From positions 110,071 through 174,070 of the forward strand of contig JBJEGD010000004.1 of NCBI GenBank assembly GCA_051874735.1: 64,000 bases of DNA, in the 5' to 3' direction. Below, one piece after another: positions 8,254 through 17,679 of this stretch (position 1 is its first letter; each line of letters begins with the position of its first letter). The notes beneath the pieces are model-generated. The model saw only the letters and a program-made list of their open reading frames with translations, was not told where the DNA came from and did not search any database. Position numbers and translations under genes: made by a program. The DNA is from Candidatus Bruticola sp. GTDB taxonomy: Bacteria; Vulcanimicrobiota; Xenobia; Xenobiales; Xenobiaceae.

Positions 8254-10698
8254 ATGGATTATTTTATGAAAAGCAAGTCTGTTGAGACGCTTATTATACG
8301 CTGCATATTACCGTTGTTAATATTTATTTTAAGCAGTTGTTTATCAGCCTATGCTCAAGACCAGGACTGGTTTGCCTCTGGTGACAGCGATTCTGTTTCT
8401 TTTTACGATAAGGAGGCGCCTTATATAAGCCTAGGCTTAGGTCCAAATAATTTGGGCAAAAAGTCTTCTTCAAATATAACGCGGATCGATTCTTTAGAAG
8501 GCACAGTAGTCGACTTTGATAATAAAGAGCGGGAGATTCTTTATAGAACTGATAACAACAATTATTTAAGTGGCTCTTATTTTATTTCTTTACAAAAGCA
8601 TTGGCTGAGCAGTGTCAATTTAACAGCAAAGCGGTTAGTAGCTCAGAAGGCTGTCAAAAACGATGAAGCCAAGGTAATTTTAGTTAGAGATAAGTTCGCT
8701 GTCCTGCGCCAAGAAAATTCTTTTTCTGTTTTCCGCCAGGATAATTTACAGCTTTTATGGGAGCGAGACTTCTCATCTGAATTCGGTTTAATCGCTAGTA
8801 ATATAGGTGTATGGCCGGAACAAATGGTCTTAATTGGCCAAGCTGAAGGTCAAAAATCTTTTATTTGTGCCTCAGTAAACTTGGCTGACGGTCAGATCCG
8901 CTGGAAAAAAACATTATCGGGTCTCTTCGCAGATTTAGCGGTTTCATCTCAGTTTGTTTACTTGGCCTTTACTGAAGAGAATGGCTACAATTCTAGTCAG
9001 GTTCACGGAGCTAAAGGTACTATTTGTTCACTGTCGCTTAGTAACGGTAGGATGAGCTCCAGTAGACAAATAATAGGGCTATATCGTTTTTATGCAGGTC
9101 CAAATAGGCTTCTGACTATTTCCTGCAGTGATTACGGAGCAAAAACTGCCTATGTTATGGAACTTTATTCTACCGATTTGCAGCTCTTAAATAGCATTGG
9201 CATAAGTTTTCTGCCTCAATGGGTAAATTTTAGTTCTAAGCAAATTAGGGCTCTTTACTCCGATTTAGATTCTTTGGAACGCTGGAATTTATGCGTACTT
9301 TCAGCTGAAGATGGAAAAGTACTCTCCCATTTTGAAATAAGCAATAAGTTATATCAGCTGGTATGCGATAGAGATAATGTTTGGTTTTTTATAGGTATTG
9401 ATAATGCTGTCGCTGTATACTTGTTGCAAGATAACGAGCTAATCTCAGTGACAGAATGCTCATTTGACATGGAAGACAGCCCTTATTTAGGGTGTAGTGC
9501 TCTGATTTTAGGTAATAATCTTTATGCTTGGGGTAAAAGAGCTAACTCTGCTGTTTTATCTATTGCGGCTTTAGATCTTAAGAGCAGGCGCCGTTTAGGC
9601 TGGAGTAGTAAAAATTTAGACTCGGCTTCTCTTATCCCTTGTGGTAATTCTCTGGCTATGGTGTCTGTAGATAACGATCGTTTTACCGGCGAAGTTGTCA
9701 GCCGTATTAAACTTATCGATTTCAAAAAGGGTGGATTTTCGTTTACATCTGAGCCGATTAAAGGTCAAATCGTATCTTTCGGAGGAGATAGGGCTTTGTC
9801 TGCTGCTAGGTCGGTTCTGCGCAAGCGGCACCTTGAGGTTCACGATGACGCTTTAATATATCTGGCTTCTTCTGGGGGAGAGCTGACACTTCTGAGCCAA
9901 AACGGTAAAATTTTGACACGTCCTTTGAGGAGCATATTTTTTGATTGGACAAAGCTAAATAATTTTTGCGGAGTTATTCTTTTAACTGGGTGTATTCTAT
10001 GGTATATAGCCCAGGCTAATCGGGGAAAGAAGCTCTTTATACGTGAAATAGCTGGTTTGAGTGCTCTAGATGAAGCCGTCGGCAGGGCTACTGAAATGGG
10101 GCGTCCGGTGCTGTATATACCTGGAGTCGGGGAGATAGATGATACGCAGACTATGGCCGCTCTTTCAGTTTTAGGCAAGGTTAGCAGCTGCACCGCCGAG
10201 TATGGTTGCTCTATTATGGTGCCTAACTGCAGCCCTGTAGTAATGTCTATGGCTCAAGATGTCGTCAGTCAATCTTATTTAAAGGCCGGATGTCCCGATT
10301 CTTACGTTAGTGATAATATCTGCTATTTATCCGGTGAACAGTTTGGATTCGCTGCGGGGGTGTGCGGTATTATGGTGAGGGAGAGACCAGCGGCTGTCCT
10401 CTACATGGGCACGTTTTTAGCTGAGGCCTTAATGCTGGCGGAAACTGGTAATTCTACAGGAGCCATACAAATTGCTGGTACAGCTAGCGCTTCTCAACTA
10501 CCTTTCTTTGTGGCCGCTTGTGATTACACACTTATTGGTGAGGAACTTTATGCCGCCTCCGCTTATCTTTCCAATGATCCTATGCAGATAGGCTCATTAA
10601 AGGGGCAGGATGCTGCTAAAGCGGCTATTATGGTGCTTATTATCGCAGGTATAATTTGCCTCAGCTGCGGAGGCCATTGGATCTCCTATCTTTGGTAG
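8254..10698 (+). CDS. Membrane protein: signal peptide, beta-propeller-like exported region, TM helix and C-terminal DUF6754 domain
   Basis: Signal ending AYA-Q; PQQ/BamB-like blade segments (QLLWERDF, NLADGQIRWKK, SAEDGKVL); C-terminal IREIAGLSALDEAVGRATEMGRPV...LIGEELYAASAYLS...GQD recognised as DUF6754 from memory. Confidence 0.75.
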   Translation: MDYFMKSKSVETLIIRCILPLLIFILSSCLSAYAQDQDWFASGDSDSVSFYDKEAPYISLGLGPNNLGKKSSSNITRIDSLEGTVVDFDNKEREILYRTDNNNYLSGSYFISLQKHWLSSVNLTAKRLVAQKAVKNDEAKVILVRDKFAVLRQENSFSVFRQDNLQLLWERDFSSEFGLIASNIGVWPEQMVLIGQAEGQKSFICASVNLADGQIRWKKTLSGLFADLAVSSQFVYLAFTEENGYNSSQVHGAKGTICSLSLSNGRMSSSRQIIGLYRFYAGPNRLLTISCSDYGAKTAYVMELYSTDLQLLNSIGISFLPQWVNFSSKQIRALYSDLDSLERWNLCVLSAEDGKVLSHFEISNKLYQLVCDRDNVWFFIGIDNAVAVYLLQDNELISVTECSFDMEDSPYLGCSALILGNNLYAWGKRANSAVLSIAALDLKSRRRLGWSSKNLDSASLIPCGNSLAMVSVDNDRFTGEVVSRIKLIDFKKGGFSFTSEPIKGQIVSFGGDRALSAARSVLRKRHLEVHDDALIYLASSGGELTLLSQNGKILTRPLRSIFFDWTKLNNFCGVILLTGCILWYIAQANRGKKLFIREIAGLSALDEAVGRATEMGRPVLYIPGVGEIDDTQTMAALSVLGKVSSCTAEYGCSIMVPNCSPVVMSMAQDVVSQSYLKAGCPDSYVSDNICYLSGEQFGFAAGVCGIMVRERPAAVLYMGTFLAEALMLAETGNSTGAIQIAGTASASQLPFFVAACDYTLIGEELYAASAYLSNDPMQIGSLKGQDAAKAAIMVLIIAGIICLSCGGHWISYLW

Positions 10699-10720
10699 CT
10701 TGTTTTAAAGGATTATATAT

Positions 10721-11383
10721 ATGAAGCGTGAGATTCCGCTGCTGATTACTTTCATTGCCGGCTTGGTAATGATAGTGCAGTTTTACAGTTACCCTCTGAA
10801 TTGGCTGGGCGACCTGTTTAATGATTTTTATAATATTATCCTTACCTTTGCCTTTATATTAGGGGCTTTGAGTCTTTTTGCCGTTAATGGTAAAAAAATT
10901 ATGTCGCAGACTCCTGGCTGGGGATACAACTGTGTATTGCTGCTGTCTTTAATAGTAACATTAATTTGTGGCCTTTTTCTGGCTCCGCATGGCAAGTTAC
11001 CTACCGACGAGGGGACAGCCTTCAGCTGGATTTTTGATCATATATTTACCCCTCTGTCGGCAGCTACTTACAGTTTGTTGGCCTTTTATATCGCTTCAGC
11101 TTCTTTCAGAGCTTTTCGGGCCAGATCTTGGGAAGCAGCTTTGCTGCTAGTTACTGCGTTCATCGTCATGCTTTTCCGCGTTCCTTTAGGTGAACATCTG
11201 TGGCAGATGTTACCTATAGTAGGTCAATATGATATAGCTAAATTTATTGAAGATTGGTTAATGGGCACTTTCAATGCCGCTGGTCAGCGGGCTATTCTCT
11301 TAGGAGCCTCAGTCGGATTGATTTCTGTATCTTTAAAAATATTGCTAGGTATTGAGCGATCTTATTTAGGAGGCTCCGATTAA
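10721..11383 (+). CDS. Conserved integral membrane protein (about 5-6 TM) of the DUF6754/GlmL cluster
   Basis: 220 aa, mostly hydrophobic; SLLAFYIASASFRAFRAR and RAILLGASVG...LLGIERSYLG; stop overlaps next start (TAATG). Confidence 0.75.
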   Translation: MKREIPLLITFIAGLVMIVQFYSYPLNWLGDLFNDFYNIILTFAFILGALSLFAVNGKKIMSQTPGWGYNCVLLLSLIVTLICGLFLAPHGKLPTDEGTAFSWIFDHIFTPLSAATYSLLAFYIASASFRAFRARSWEAALLLVTAFIVMLFRVPLGEHLWQMLPIVGQYDIAKFIEDWLMGTFNAAGQRAILLGASVGLISVSLKILLGIERSYLGGSD

Positions 11384-12216
11384 TGTTAGCTAAGTTGTCA
11401 AATTTGGATAGGCGCTGGATTTTTTTTGCTCTAGCCTTATGTGTGATTATTCCTCTTGTTTGGCCGCTTCAGCTGCGGATAGAGCCTAGTCCGCTCAGCA
11501 TCAAATTTTATGAAACTGTAGAAAATTTGCCAGAAAATTCCTGCGTTTGCATGTCGTTCGATTATGGACCAGGCACTAAGGTAGAGTGTCATCCTATGGC
11601 TGTAGCCATGTTGCGCCACCTTTTCCGCCGCAAATGCAAAGTCGTATGCATAGCCTTGTGGCCTGAAGGCAGTCTTTTTGCTAGAGAAGCATTGCAAGAA
11701 GCAGCCAAAGAATATGAAGCCGTATATGGTGAAGATTATGTCAACTTAGGCTACAAAAATGGAGGAGAGGTTATACTTAAGGCTATAGGGGAAGATTTTG
11801 GCTCAATATATACGTCAGATTTTTCTGGTCGTCGTTTGTCTGATTTGCCTATTATGAATAGAGTCGTTGGATGGGATAGTTTTGATTTAGTCTGCGATTG
11901 GTCTATGGGGCGTCCTGGTCTAGCTGAATTCGTTCGTGTGGTTGTTGGCCAATATAATCGTCCTTTATTGGCTGGTACTACAGCCGTAACTACTCCTGAG
12001 GCTTATCCTTTTTTGAATTCTGGACAATTAATTGGTCTATTAGGTGGTTTGCGCGGAGCCAGCGAGTATGAAGTGCTGATAGGCATGAAGGGCGGTCAAG
12101 CTTCGCGGGGTATCGATGCTCAATCTATGGCCCATTTTTTTGTGGCTTTTCTGATCGTTTTAGCCAATTTAATATACTTTGCCCAATGCTGGCATAAAAA
12201 AAATACTAGAAACTAG
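11383..12216 (+). CDS. Membrane protein (TM - alpha/beta domain - TM), distant DUF6754 paralog
   Basis: 277 aa; N- and C-terminal TM; FDYGP, YGEDYVNLGY, GLLGGLRGASEYE, DAQS; translationally coupled to the upstream gene. Confidence 0.72.
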   Translation: MLAKLSNLDRRWIFFALALCVIIPLVWPLQLRIEPSPLSIKFYETVENLPENSCVCMSFDYGPGTKVECHPMAVAMLRHLFRRKCKVVCIALWPEGSLFAREALQEAAKEYEAVYGEDYVNLGYKNGGEVILKAIGEDFGSIYTSDFSGRRLSDLPIMNRVVGWDSFDLVCDWSMGRPGLAEFVRVVVGQYNRPLLAGTTAVTTPEAYPFLNSGQLIGLLGGLRGASEYEVLIGMKGGQASRGIDAQSMAHFFVAFLIVLANLIYFAQCWHKKNTRN

Positions 12217-12240
12217 CTGTAGAGAGGCTGCGGATCTATT

Positions 12241-12888
12241 ATGGAAGCTCATTCATTAAGTGACCTTATAGGAATGTGGATAGGTGTTTGCCTGACTATG
12301 TGCATTTTCAGCTTTCTCTATAAGGATAATCCTCTGTACAGATTAGCTGAGCATATTTTTGTTGGAGTCTCTGCCGGCTATTGGATGTGCATTGGGTACT
12401 GGCAGGTGATTTACCCTAACTTGATTTTGAAACTGCAGAGTGGCGATTGGCGCTATTTAATAGCAGCCGTACTCAGTATTATGCTTTTAGCTAGAGTCGT
12501 GCCCAAGTATGCTTGGATTAGCCGTTGGCCTTTAGCCTTTATGGTCGGTATTTTCGCTGGCTATAACATAGTCTATACCATGGAAGCCCAGGTTATTCGA
12601 CAGCTTGAGGCTACGGTTGTGCCACTTTGGGGATGCCCAGATTTCGCGACTTTTTTATCAAATTTGATTATTGCAGTTGGGGTCTTAAGCGGCCTGATGT
12701 ATTTCTATTTTTCTAAAGAACATAAGGGAACTTTTTGGGGTAAAACTGCTAAAATAGGCATAGGAGTGCTGATGATCTCCTTTGGAGCTGCCTTCGGGTA
12801 CACCGTTATGGCCAGAATTTCTTTGCTGATAGGGCGGGTTATGTACATTCAGGATGTATGGCAGGCTACTGTTAACTTCTTCCGTTAG
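12241..12888 (+). CDS. Conserved integral membrane protein (about 5-6 TM) of the DUF6754/GlmL cluster
   Basis: 215 aa; SFLYKDNPLYRLAEHIFVGVSAGY, YFYFSKEH, ISFGAAFGYTVMARISLLIGR. Confidence 0.75.
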   Translation: MEAHSLSDLIGMWIGVCLTMCIFSFLYKDNPLYRLAEHIFVGVSAGYWMCIGYWQVIYPNLILKLQSGDWRYLIAAVLSIMLLARVVPKYAWISRWPLAFMVGIFAGYNIVYTMEAQVIRQLEATVVPLWGCPDFATFLSNLIIAVGVLSGLMYFYFSKEHKGTFWGKTAKIGIGVLMISFGAAFGYTVMARISLLIGRVMYIQDVWQATVNFFR

Positions 12889-13001
12889 ATTTGTCTATTT
12901 TGGGCTACAGTTGAGCTCGAAAATATTTTTAAATCTTGAATTATAGCTTTTTGTGGTTCTATTTGAAACATATTAGTTAGGGGGTAAGAATTTAAGTAAG
13001 T

Positions 13002-14147
13002 ATGCTGAATATGGAAAACCATCGATACCGCAGTTCGTTTCACGCTAATACTGGACCCGATCATGAAGAAGTTGCAGATAGCTATACTCATGAAGTTGAA
13101 AGTAGCGAGCCACATCAAGAGGGGGCCTCTGTACCCTTAAGTTTTGTAAATAATTCCCCCAGAAATCAGATACTTTCCGTAATATTTAAGTTTTGTTCCC
13201 GTATTTACAAGAAAATTTTAAGATCACTTCCTGGTAATATCGATGGTCAACTGCCGGGTAGATTTAAACTGCTCTATTCACTGTCATTTTTTATATTGTT
13301 TTTGGGATTTATTGCCTATCCTTTGGTGTTCCCATATATAGATGATGATGTAAGTTTGTATTGTACATTAGGCAGTTCTATGTCTTTTTTTATTAGTTTT
13401 ATTATTCTAATTTCGCCTAGTTATGATCCTCCTGAAGAGTATATCGAAGATGATTATGAAACGGCCATAGAATCTTCTTTTTCTGAAGAAGAGTCTGAAC
13501 CACTTACAATTGAATATTCTTATTCGCATTTCCAATATCTAATTTATACTTTGATAGCTGCTGCTATGGCTGCTATTGGCTACTACCTTATGATTTGTAT
13601 TTATATATACATGCAAAAATATTATTTAAACGATGCTTTAAATGTGAGTACGTCAATACACGTCATTGTGGCTATATTTATAGTGGTTGCCTCGTTTCTA
13701 ACTTTTGGCAATTATTACCAAGAAACAGCTGTGATAACTTTGACAAATGAGGGTATAAAAGGAAAAATTAAGGGGCTTTTCTCTCTCAAAGATATAAAGG
13801 AAAGTTTTTACGCATCATTAGGACTCGGGAGTGTTCATGTCGATAGAGATGAGCTTCCCTCCGATTTGTTAGAAATGATCCCTTCTCTCCCCGTTCAAGA
13901 TGAACTGGACTGGGAGTATTTTAAAGCTTTTTCCGTTCATCATGAGTGCATTGTATTGTGGTCCAAGCCTCCAGAAGAAAATTTTATGAGCCTGTTGTAC
14001 ATCACCGTAGGAGCAAGCCTTGAGCTAAATCCTTCAATGCGCTTATTTATTCCGCAAAATGATCTTCAAAAAGTAACTAACTTTTTGTCCCATAAGCTAA
14101 AACAAGTGAAGTTCTATCCCAACGCCAGTCTTATTTACAGAATGTAA
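13002..14147 (+). CDS. Hypothetical membrane protein (about 4 TM) with C-terminal YcxB/bPH-like domain
   Basis: 381 aa, AT-rich; two TM hairpins separated by an acidic linker; ITLTNEGI...LDWEYFKAFS...IVLW...LFIP. Confidence 0.6.
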   Translation: MLNMENHRYRSSFHANTGPDHEEVADSYTHEVESSEPHQEGASVPLSFVNNSPRNQILSVIFKFCSRIYKKILRSLPGNIDGQLPGRFKLLYSLSFFILFLGFIAYPLVFPYIDDDVSLYCTLGSSMSFFISFIILISPSYDPPEEYIEDDYETAIESSFSEEESEPLTIEYSYSHFQYLIYTLIAAAMAAIGYYLMICIYIYMQKYYLNDALNVSTSIHVIVAIFIVVASFLTFGNYYQETAVITLTNEGIKGKIKGLFSLKDIKESFYASLGLGSVHVDRDELPSDLLEMIPSLPVQDELDWEYFKAFSVHHECIVLWSKPPEENFMSLLYITVGASLELNPSMRLFIPQNDLQKVTNFLSHKLKQVKFYPNASLIYRM

Positions 14148-14245
14148 ACATTTGTAAGTCTTTTTTGTCGCGAATATCAAACTTCAGTAGTTTATAATGG
14201 GATAAAGCTAGTGTAGCTTTAGAACGAACAAAGGGAATATGGGCA

Positions 14246-14914
14246 ATGGTAGATTATTTGCACATAATTAGAAACACAAATTTTACACAACATGTAAATT
14301 ATTTAACTTCTCCAGATTATCTAGTTATAGATCATAAAGTCTTCCGGGGACGCGGTTTGGCGAAATTGTGGTATATGTTAAAACCGTTGGTAGCGATAAT
14401 TATATTTGTGGCTTTATTTACATATGTAATGAACTTTAATGTTGGAGAATTTGAGCTTACTATTGCTTTCATTGTCCTTGCTTTGGCCTTATTTATAATA
14501 TTTGGGGGCTCTGATGATGGCGATTTTGATGTGAATTTAATATTCAGTGAGACTGGGCTGACTATGTTAGTTAATTCCCAAAATGGGCGGACTAATATGA
14601 TTAAACATTACCCCACTTTCGCAAGTGTATCTGGTGAAATGGCTTGGTCTCAGTTTAAAAGCTATTCTATAGTGCATCACGAGAAGCGAGGAACTGTTTC
14701 TATTAGGCTATGGCTGATTGATGAGCCTGATAGCTGCTCTTACGATGAACTTAAGCTTAAAGAGCGACGTAATGTTGCTGTTGAATTCTTCCTTAATCCC
14801 ATAGATAATCGCTATATCAAACTGGGAGATTGTAAAATTACAGAACTTAAAGCTGGCGTCAAATTTCTGCAGGAACATTTGCCTTTGTATTCTGAATTTA
14901 AAGTCAGCGATTAG
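14246..14914 (+). CDS. Hypothetical membrane protein (2 TM) with YcxB/bPH-like domain
   Basis: 222 aa; TM hairpin then LIFSETGL...MAWSQFKSYS...IRLW; AAGGGA upstream. Confidence 0.6.
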   Translation: MVDYLHIIRNTNFTQHVNYLTSPDYLVIDHKVFRGRGLAKLWYMLKPLVAIIIFVALFTYVMNFNVGEFELTIAFIVLALALFIIFGGSDDGDFDVNLIFSETGLTMLVNSQNGRTNMIKHYPTFASVSGEMAWSQFKSYSIVHHEKRGTVSIRLWLIDEPDSCSYDELKLKERRNVAVEFFLNPIDNRYIKLGDCKITELKAGVKFLQEHLPLYSEFKVSD

Positions 14915-15044
14915 CTTCCGCCTCATATTAACAAAGGCTGGAATAGCTTTTTTTCATAAGAAAATAGGTGGATGCTGCAGCGGTTGAGCCTATATCATTT
15001 TTCTATATGGCAACTGTCTGAAAGTTTGTGTATAGGGTATAAGT

Positions 15045-15545
15045 TTGAGTAAAAAACATTATAAAAACAAGCAGAGCAATTCTAAAAATAAAGAAATTGC
15101 TTTGCCTTTAATTATTAGGCAGCATCCTGCCGTTAAGCGCCCTTGGTTGACTGCAGTTATTGTTCTTTTTTTGTTATTGATGATCTTCTCTATGTTCAGT
15201 TCTAAAGGAGGCTGGAGTAGTCTGCTAGTTCCGGCAGTTTTACTAGTGGTTATACTGCATGGCCTTATTCCTTATTTCGTTCCCACTACTTACACTTTTA
15301 CTAAAGAACAGATCGAAGTGCGCCGTTTTGGTAAGCCTTCTGTGTTTAAGTGGGATGATTACCGCGCCTATTCTATGCAGAGCAATGGTTTTGTGCTTTG
15401 GATGGAAATGCATCCTGCCTCCAAAAGTTCTTCATTTTCCAAATATTTTAAAAGTTTGCGAAACTCTGTTTTTATTCCCCTCGATGAGGAATCTATGCAA
15501 ATAGTTGAACCTCTGATTTCTCGCAAGTTAGTCAAGACCGATTAA
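15045..15545 (+). CDS. Membrane protein (2 TM) with YcxB/bPH-like domain
   Basis: 166 aa; TM hairpin then PYFVPTTYTFTKEQIEVR...FKWDDYRAYS...FVLW...VFIP. Confidence 0.68.
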   Translation: MSKKHYKNKQSNSKNKEIALPLIIRQHPAVKRPWLTAVIVLFLLLMIFSMFSSKGGWSSLLVPAVLLVVILHGLIPYFVPTTYTFTKEQIEVRRFGKPSVFKWDDYRAYSMQSNGFVLWMEMHPASKSSSFSKYFKSLRNSVFIPLDEESMQIVEPLISRKLVKTD

Positions 15546-15557
15546 TTAATAAGTGAT

Positions 15558-15875
15558 ATGAATATAAATTGGCGGGAAATGTGGTCCCTACAAGAACCTG
15601 TGTCTTCTGAAACTGAGCAGGCTAAAGTGGAAAATGATGTAAATCGATTAGCTCAGTTGGTAGTTTCCAGCCATTTAGGAGTTCCGGCTCTTTGGTTTTT
15701 GGAATCGTGCCGTCCGCTCCATTTTATAGGCAGTCAAGCTTTGTTTTTTCTTTCACCGGCTGCCAATATGTTCGGCTGGGGTGATTTATGTCGCCAGATG
15801 GCTAAAATTGCGGAGCAGCCTTCTCAAATGGAAGCTTTGATGGAAGCTATCGAGCAATTGGAAATTCAAAAATAA
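15558..15875 (+). CDS. Small conserved hypothetical helical protein
   Basis: 105 aa; VPALWFLESCRPLHFIGSQALFFLSP core; stop overlaps the ATPase start (TAATG). Confidence 0.7.
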   Translation: MNINWREMWSLQEPVSSETEQAKVENDVNRLAQLVVSSHLGVPALWFLESCRPLHFIGSQALFFLSPAANMFGWGDLCRQMAKIAEQPSQMEALMEAIEQLEIQK

Positions 15876-17677
15876 TGAACAGCACGATAAATAAAGATTC
15901 AATCGTTTCAATATTGGCTACAGATTGTGGCAGTACTACTACCAAAGCTATTCTCATAGAAAAGGGGCCTGAAGGTTTTCGCTTAAGAGCCAGAGGCGAG
16001 GCGCCTACCACTGTAGAAGCACCAGCTGAAGACGTCACTCAAGGTGTGCGCAATGCTGTTATGGAGCTTTCAGAAATTACTGGTCGCCCTCTTATCGATG
16101 ATAAAGGTGAGCTGATTAAGCCTTACGATGGCAAGCAAGGAATAGATATTTATCTCTCCACTTCGTCTGCGGGTGGTGGTTTGCAAATGATGGTAGCTGG
16201 AGTTGTGGCCAAAATGAGTACGGAGAGTGCTCAAAGGGCCGCTCTAGGTGCTGGAGCTGTCGTGATGGAAACCCTCTCTTGTAATGATTCGCGCCGTCCT
16301 TATGAAAAAATAGAAATTATTCGAAAACTTCGGCCGGATATGGTACTTCTTTCTGGCGGAGTTGATGGCGGGGTTCAGAAACATGTAGTGGAAATGGCTC
16401 AAATATTTGGAGCTGCCGATCCGCGGCCTCGTTTAGGGGTAAATTATAAATTACCAGTTATTTTTGCCGGCAATCGGGACGTCCGCGAACAAGTAAAAAA
16501 AATATTAGGACATAAAACTGCTCTGGAAATAGTTGATAACATTCGGCCTACTATGGAACGGGAAAACTTACAGCCCGCCCGTTTGAAAATTCAAAGTCAA
16601 TTTTTAGAACATGTTATGGCGCATGCTCCAGGTTATCCCAAACTGATGGCTATGACTGACGAGCCCATTATGCCTACTCCGGCAGCAGTTGGCATGATTA
16701 TGCAAAAAATTGCCTCAACTCGATCGATAAATATACTTGGCGTTGATATCGGTGGAGCTACAACTGACGTTTTTTCTGTTTTTGACGGCAATTTCAATCG
16801 CACAGTCTCGGCCAATTACGGTATGAGCTACTCGATATCTAATGTTGTGGCCGAAGCTGGTTTAAATAATGTTTTGCGTTGGGTACCCTTTGCAGTTGAA
16901 GAAGCTAAGCTGCGCAACAGTATAAAAAATAAAATGATTCGTCCTACTTCTATTCCTTTTCTTATAGAAGATTTGGAAATAGAACAGGCTATTTGTCGAG
17001 AAGCTTTGCGCTTATCCTTTGAGCAGCACGCTCTCTTAGCTGATGGATTAAAGGGAGTTCAGCACCAAGCTGAGATAGGCTCTATCTTTAATCAGGGGGA
17101 AAAGAAAAGTTTAATTGATCCGATGCGTTTAGATATGCTTATAGGTTCAGGTGGCGTACTTTCTCATGCTCCGGAACGTTGGCAGACCGCTTGGATGTTA
17201 ATAGATTCGTATCTTCCCTGCGGTGTGACTCAACTGGCTGTAGATTCCATATTTATGATGCCGCAATTAGGTGTGCTTTCGGCTATTATGCCTGAAGCTG
17301 CCGCCTATGTTTTTGAAAAAGATTGTCTGATAGAGTTAGGCACTTGCATTGCTCCGCGTTTTACCAATGGACGGGCAGTAGCTGAGGGACAGGAAATTCT
17401 CAAAGTTGAATTTAGCCATGGTGAAACTTTAGTATTGCACATGGGTGAGATTATTGTGCGTAAGTTGCCCGTTGGAGAGAGCTTGCAGGCACGTTTAGTT
17501 CCTATAGGACGGACTGATATTGGAGCTGGAGCCGGTCGAGAAGCAGAATTTACTTTGAAGGGCGGTACTACTGGTCTTATTTTTGACGGTCGAGGGAGGG
17601 CTCCGTTTGTGCTGCCTGCAGAACGTTCAGAGCTTGTCAAAAAACTTCAGGAATGGAAGGCGGCTTTTAAAAAATAA
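15875..17677 (+). CDS. GlmL/MutL (glutamate mutase L)-family ASKHA-fold ATPase
   Basis: Phosphate-1 ATDCGSTTTKA, TSSAGGGLQM, LSGGVDGG, phosphate-2 VDIGGATTDVFS, adenosine motif IGSGGVLSHAP, C-terminal GLIFDGRGR. Confidence 0.85.
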   Translation: MNSTINKDSIVSILATDCGSTTTKAILIEKGPEGFRLRARGEAPTTVEAPAEDVTQGVRNAVMELSEITGRPLIDDKGELIKPYDGKQGIDIYLSTSSAGGGLQMMVAGVVAKMSTESAQRAALGAGAVVMETLSCNDSRRPYEKIEIIRKLRPDMVLLSGGVDGGVQKHVVEMAQIFGAADPRPRLGVNYKLPVIFAGNRDVREQVKKILGHKTALEIVDNIRPTMERENLQPARLKIQSQFLEHVMAHAPGYPKLMAMTDEPIMPTPAAVGMIMQKIASTRSINILGVDIGGATTDVFSVFDGNFNRTVSANYGMSYSISNVVAEAGLNNVLRWVPFAVEEAKLRNSIKNKMIRPTSIPFLIEDLEIEQAICREALRLSFEQHALLADGLKGVQHQAEIGSIFNQGEKKSLIDPMRLDMLIGSGGVLSHAPERWQTAWMLIDSYLPCGVTQLAVDSIFMMPQLGVLSAIMPEAAAYVFEKDCLIELGTCIAPRFTNGRAVAEGQEILKVEFSHGETLVLHMGEIIVRKLPVGESLQARLVPIGRTDIGAGAGREAEFTLKGGTTGLIFDGRGRAPFVLPAERSELVKKLQEWKAAFKK

Positions 17678-17679
17678 AT

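Noticed and set aside
13002-14914. Mobile element or genomic island explaining the AT-rich insert
   Set aside because: No flanking direct or inverted repeats or recombinase; similarity to the 15045 gene favours local duplication.
15875-17677. Calling this a glutamate mutase locus or DNA-repair mutL
   Set aside because: No glmS/glmE or B12-binding DxHxxG protein in the window; the fold is ASKHA, not the GHKL fold of mismatch-repair MutL.
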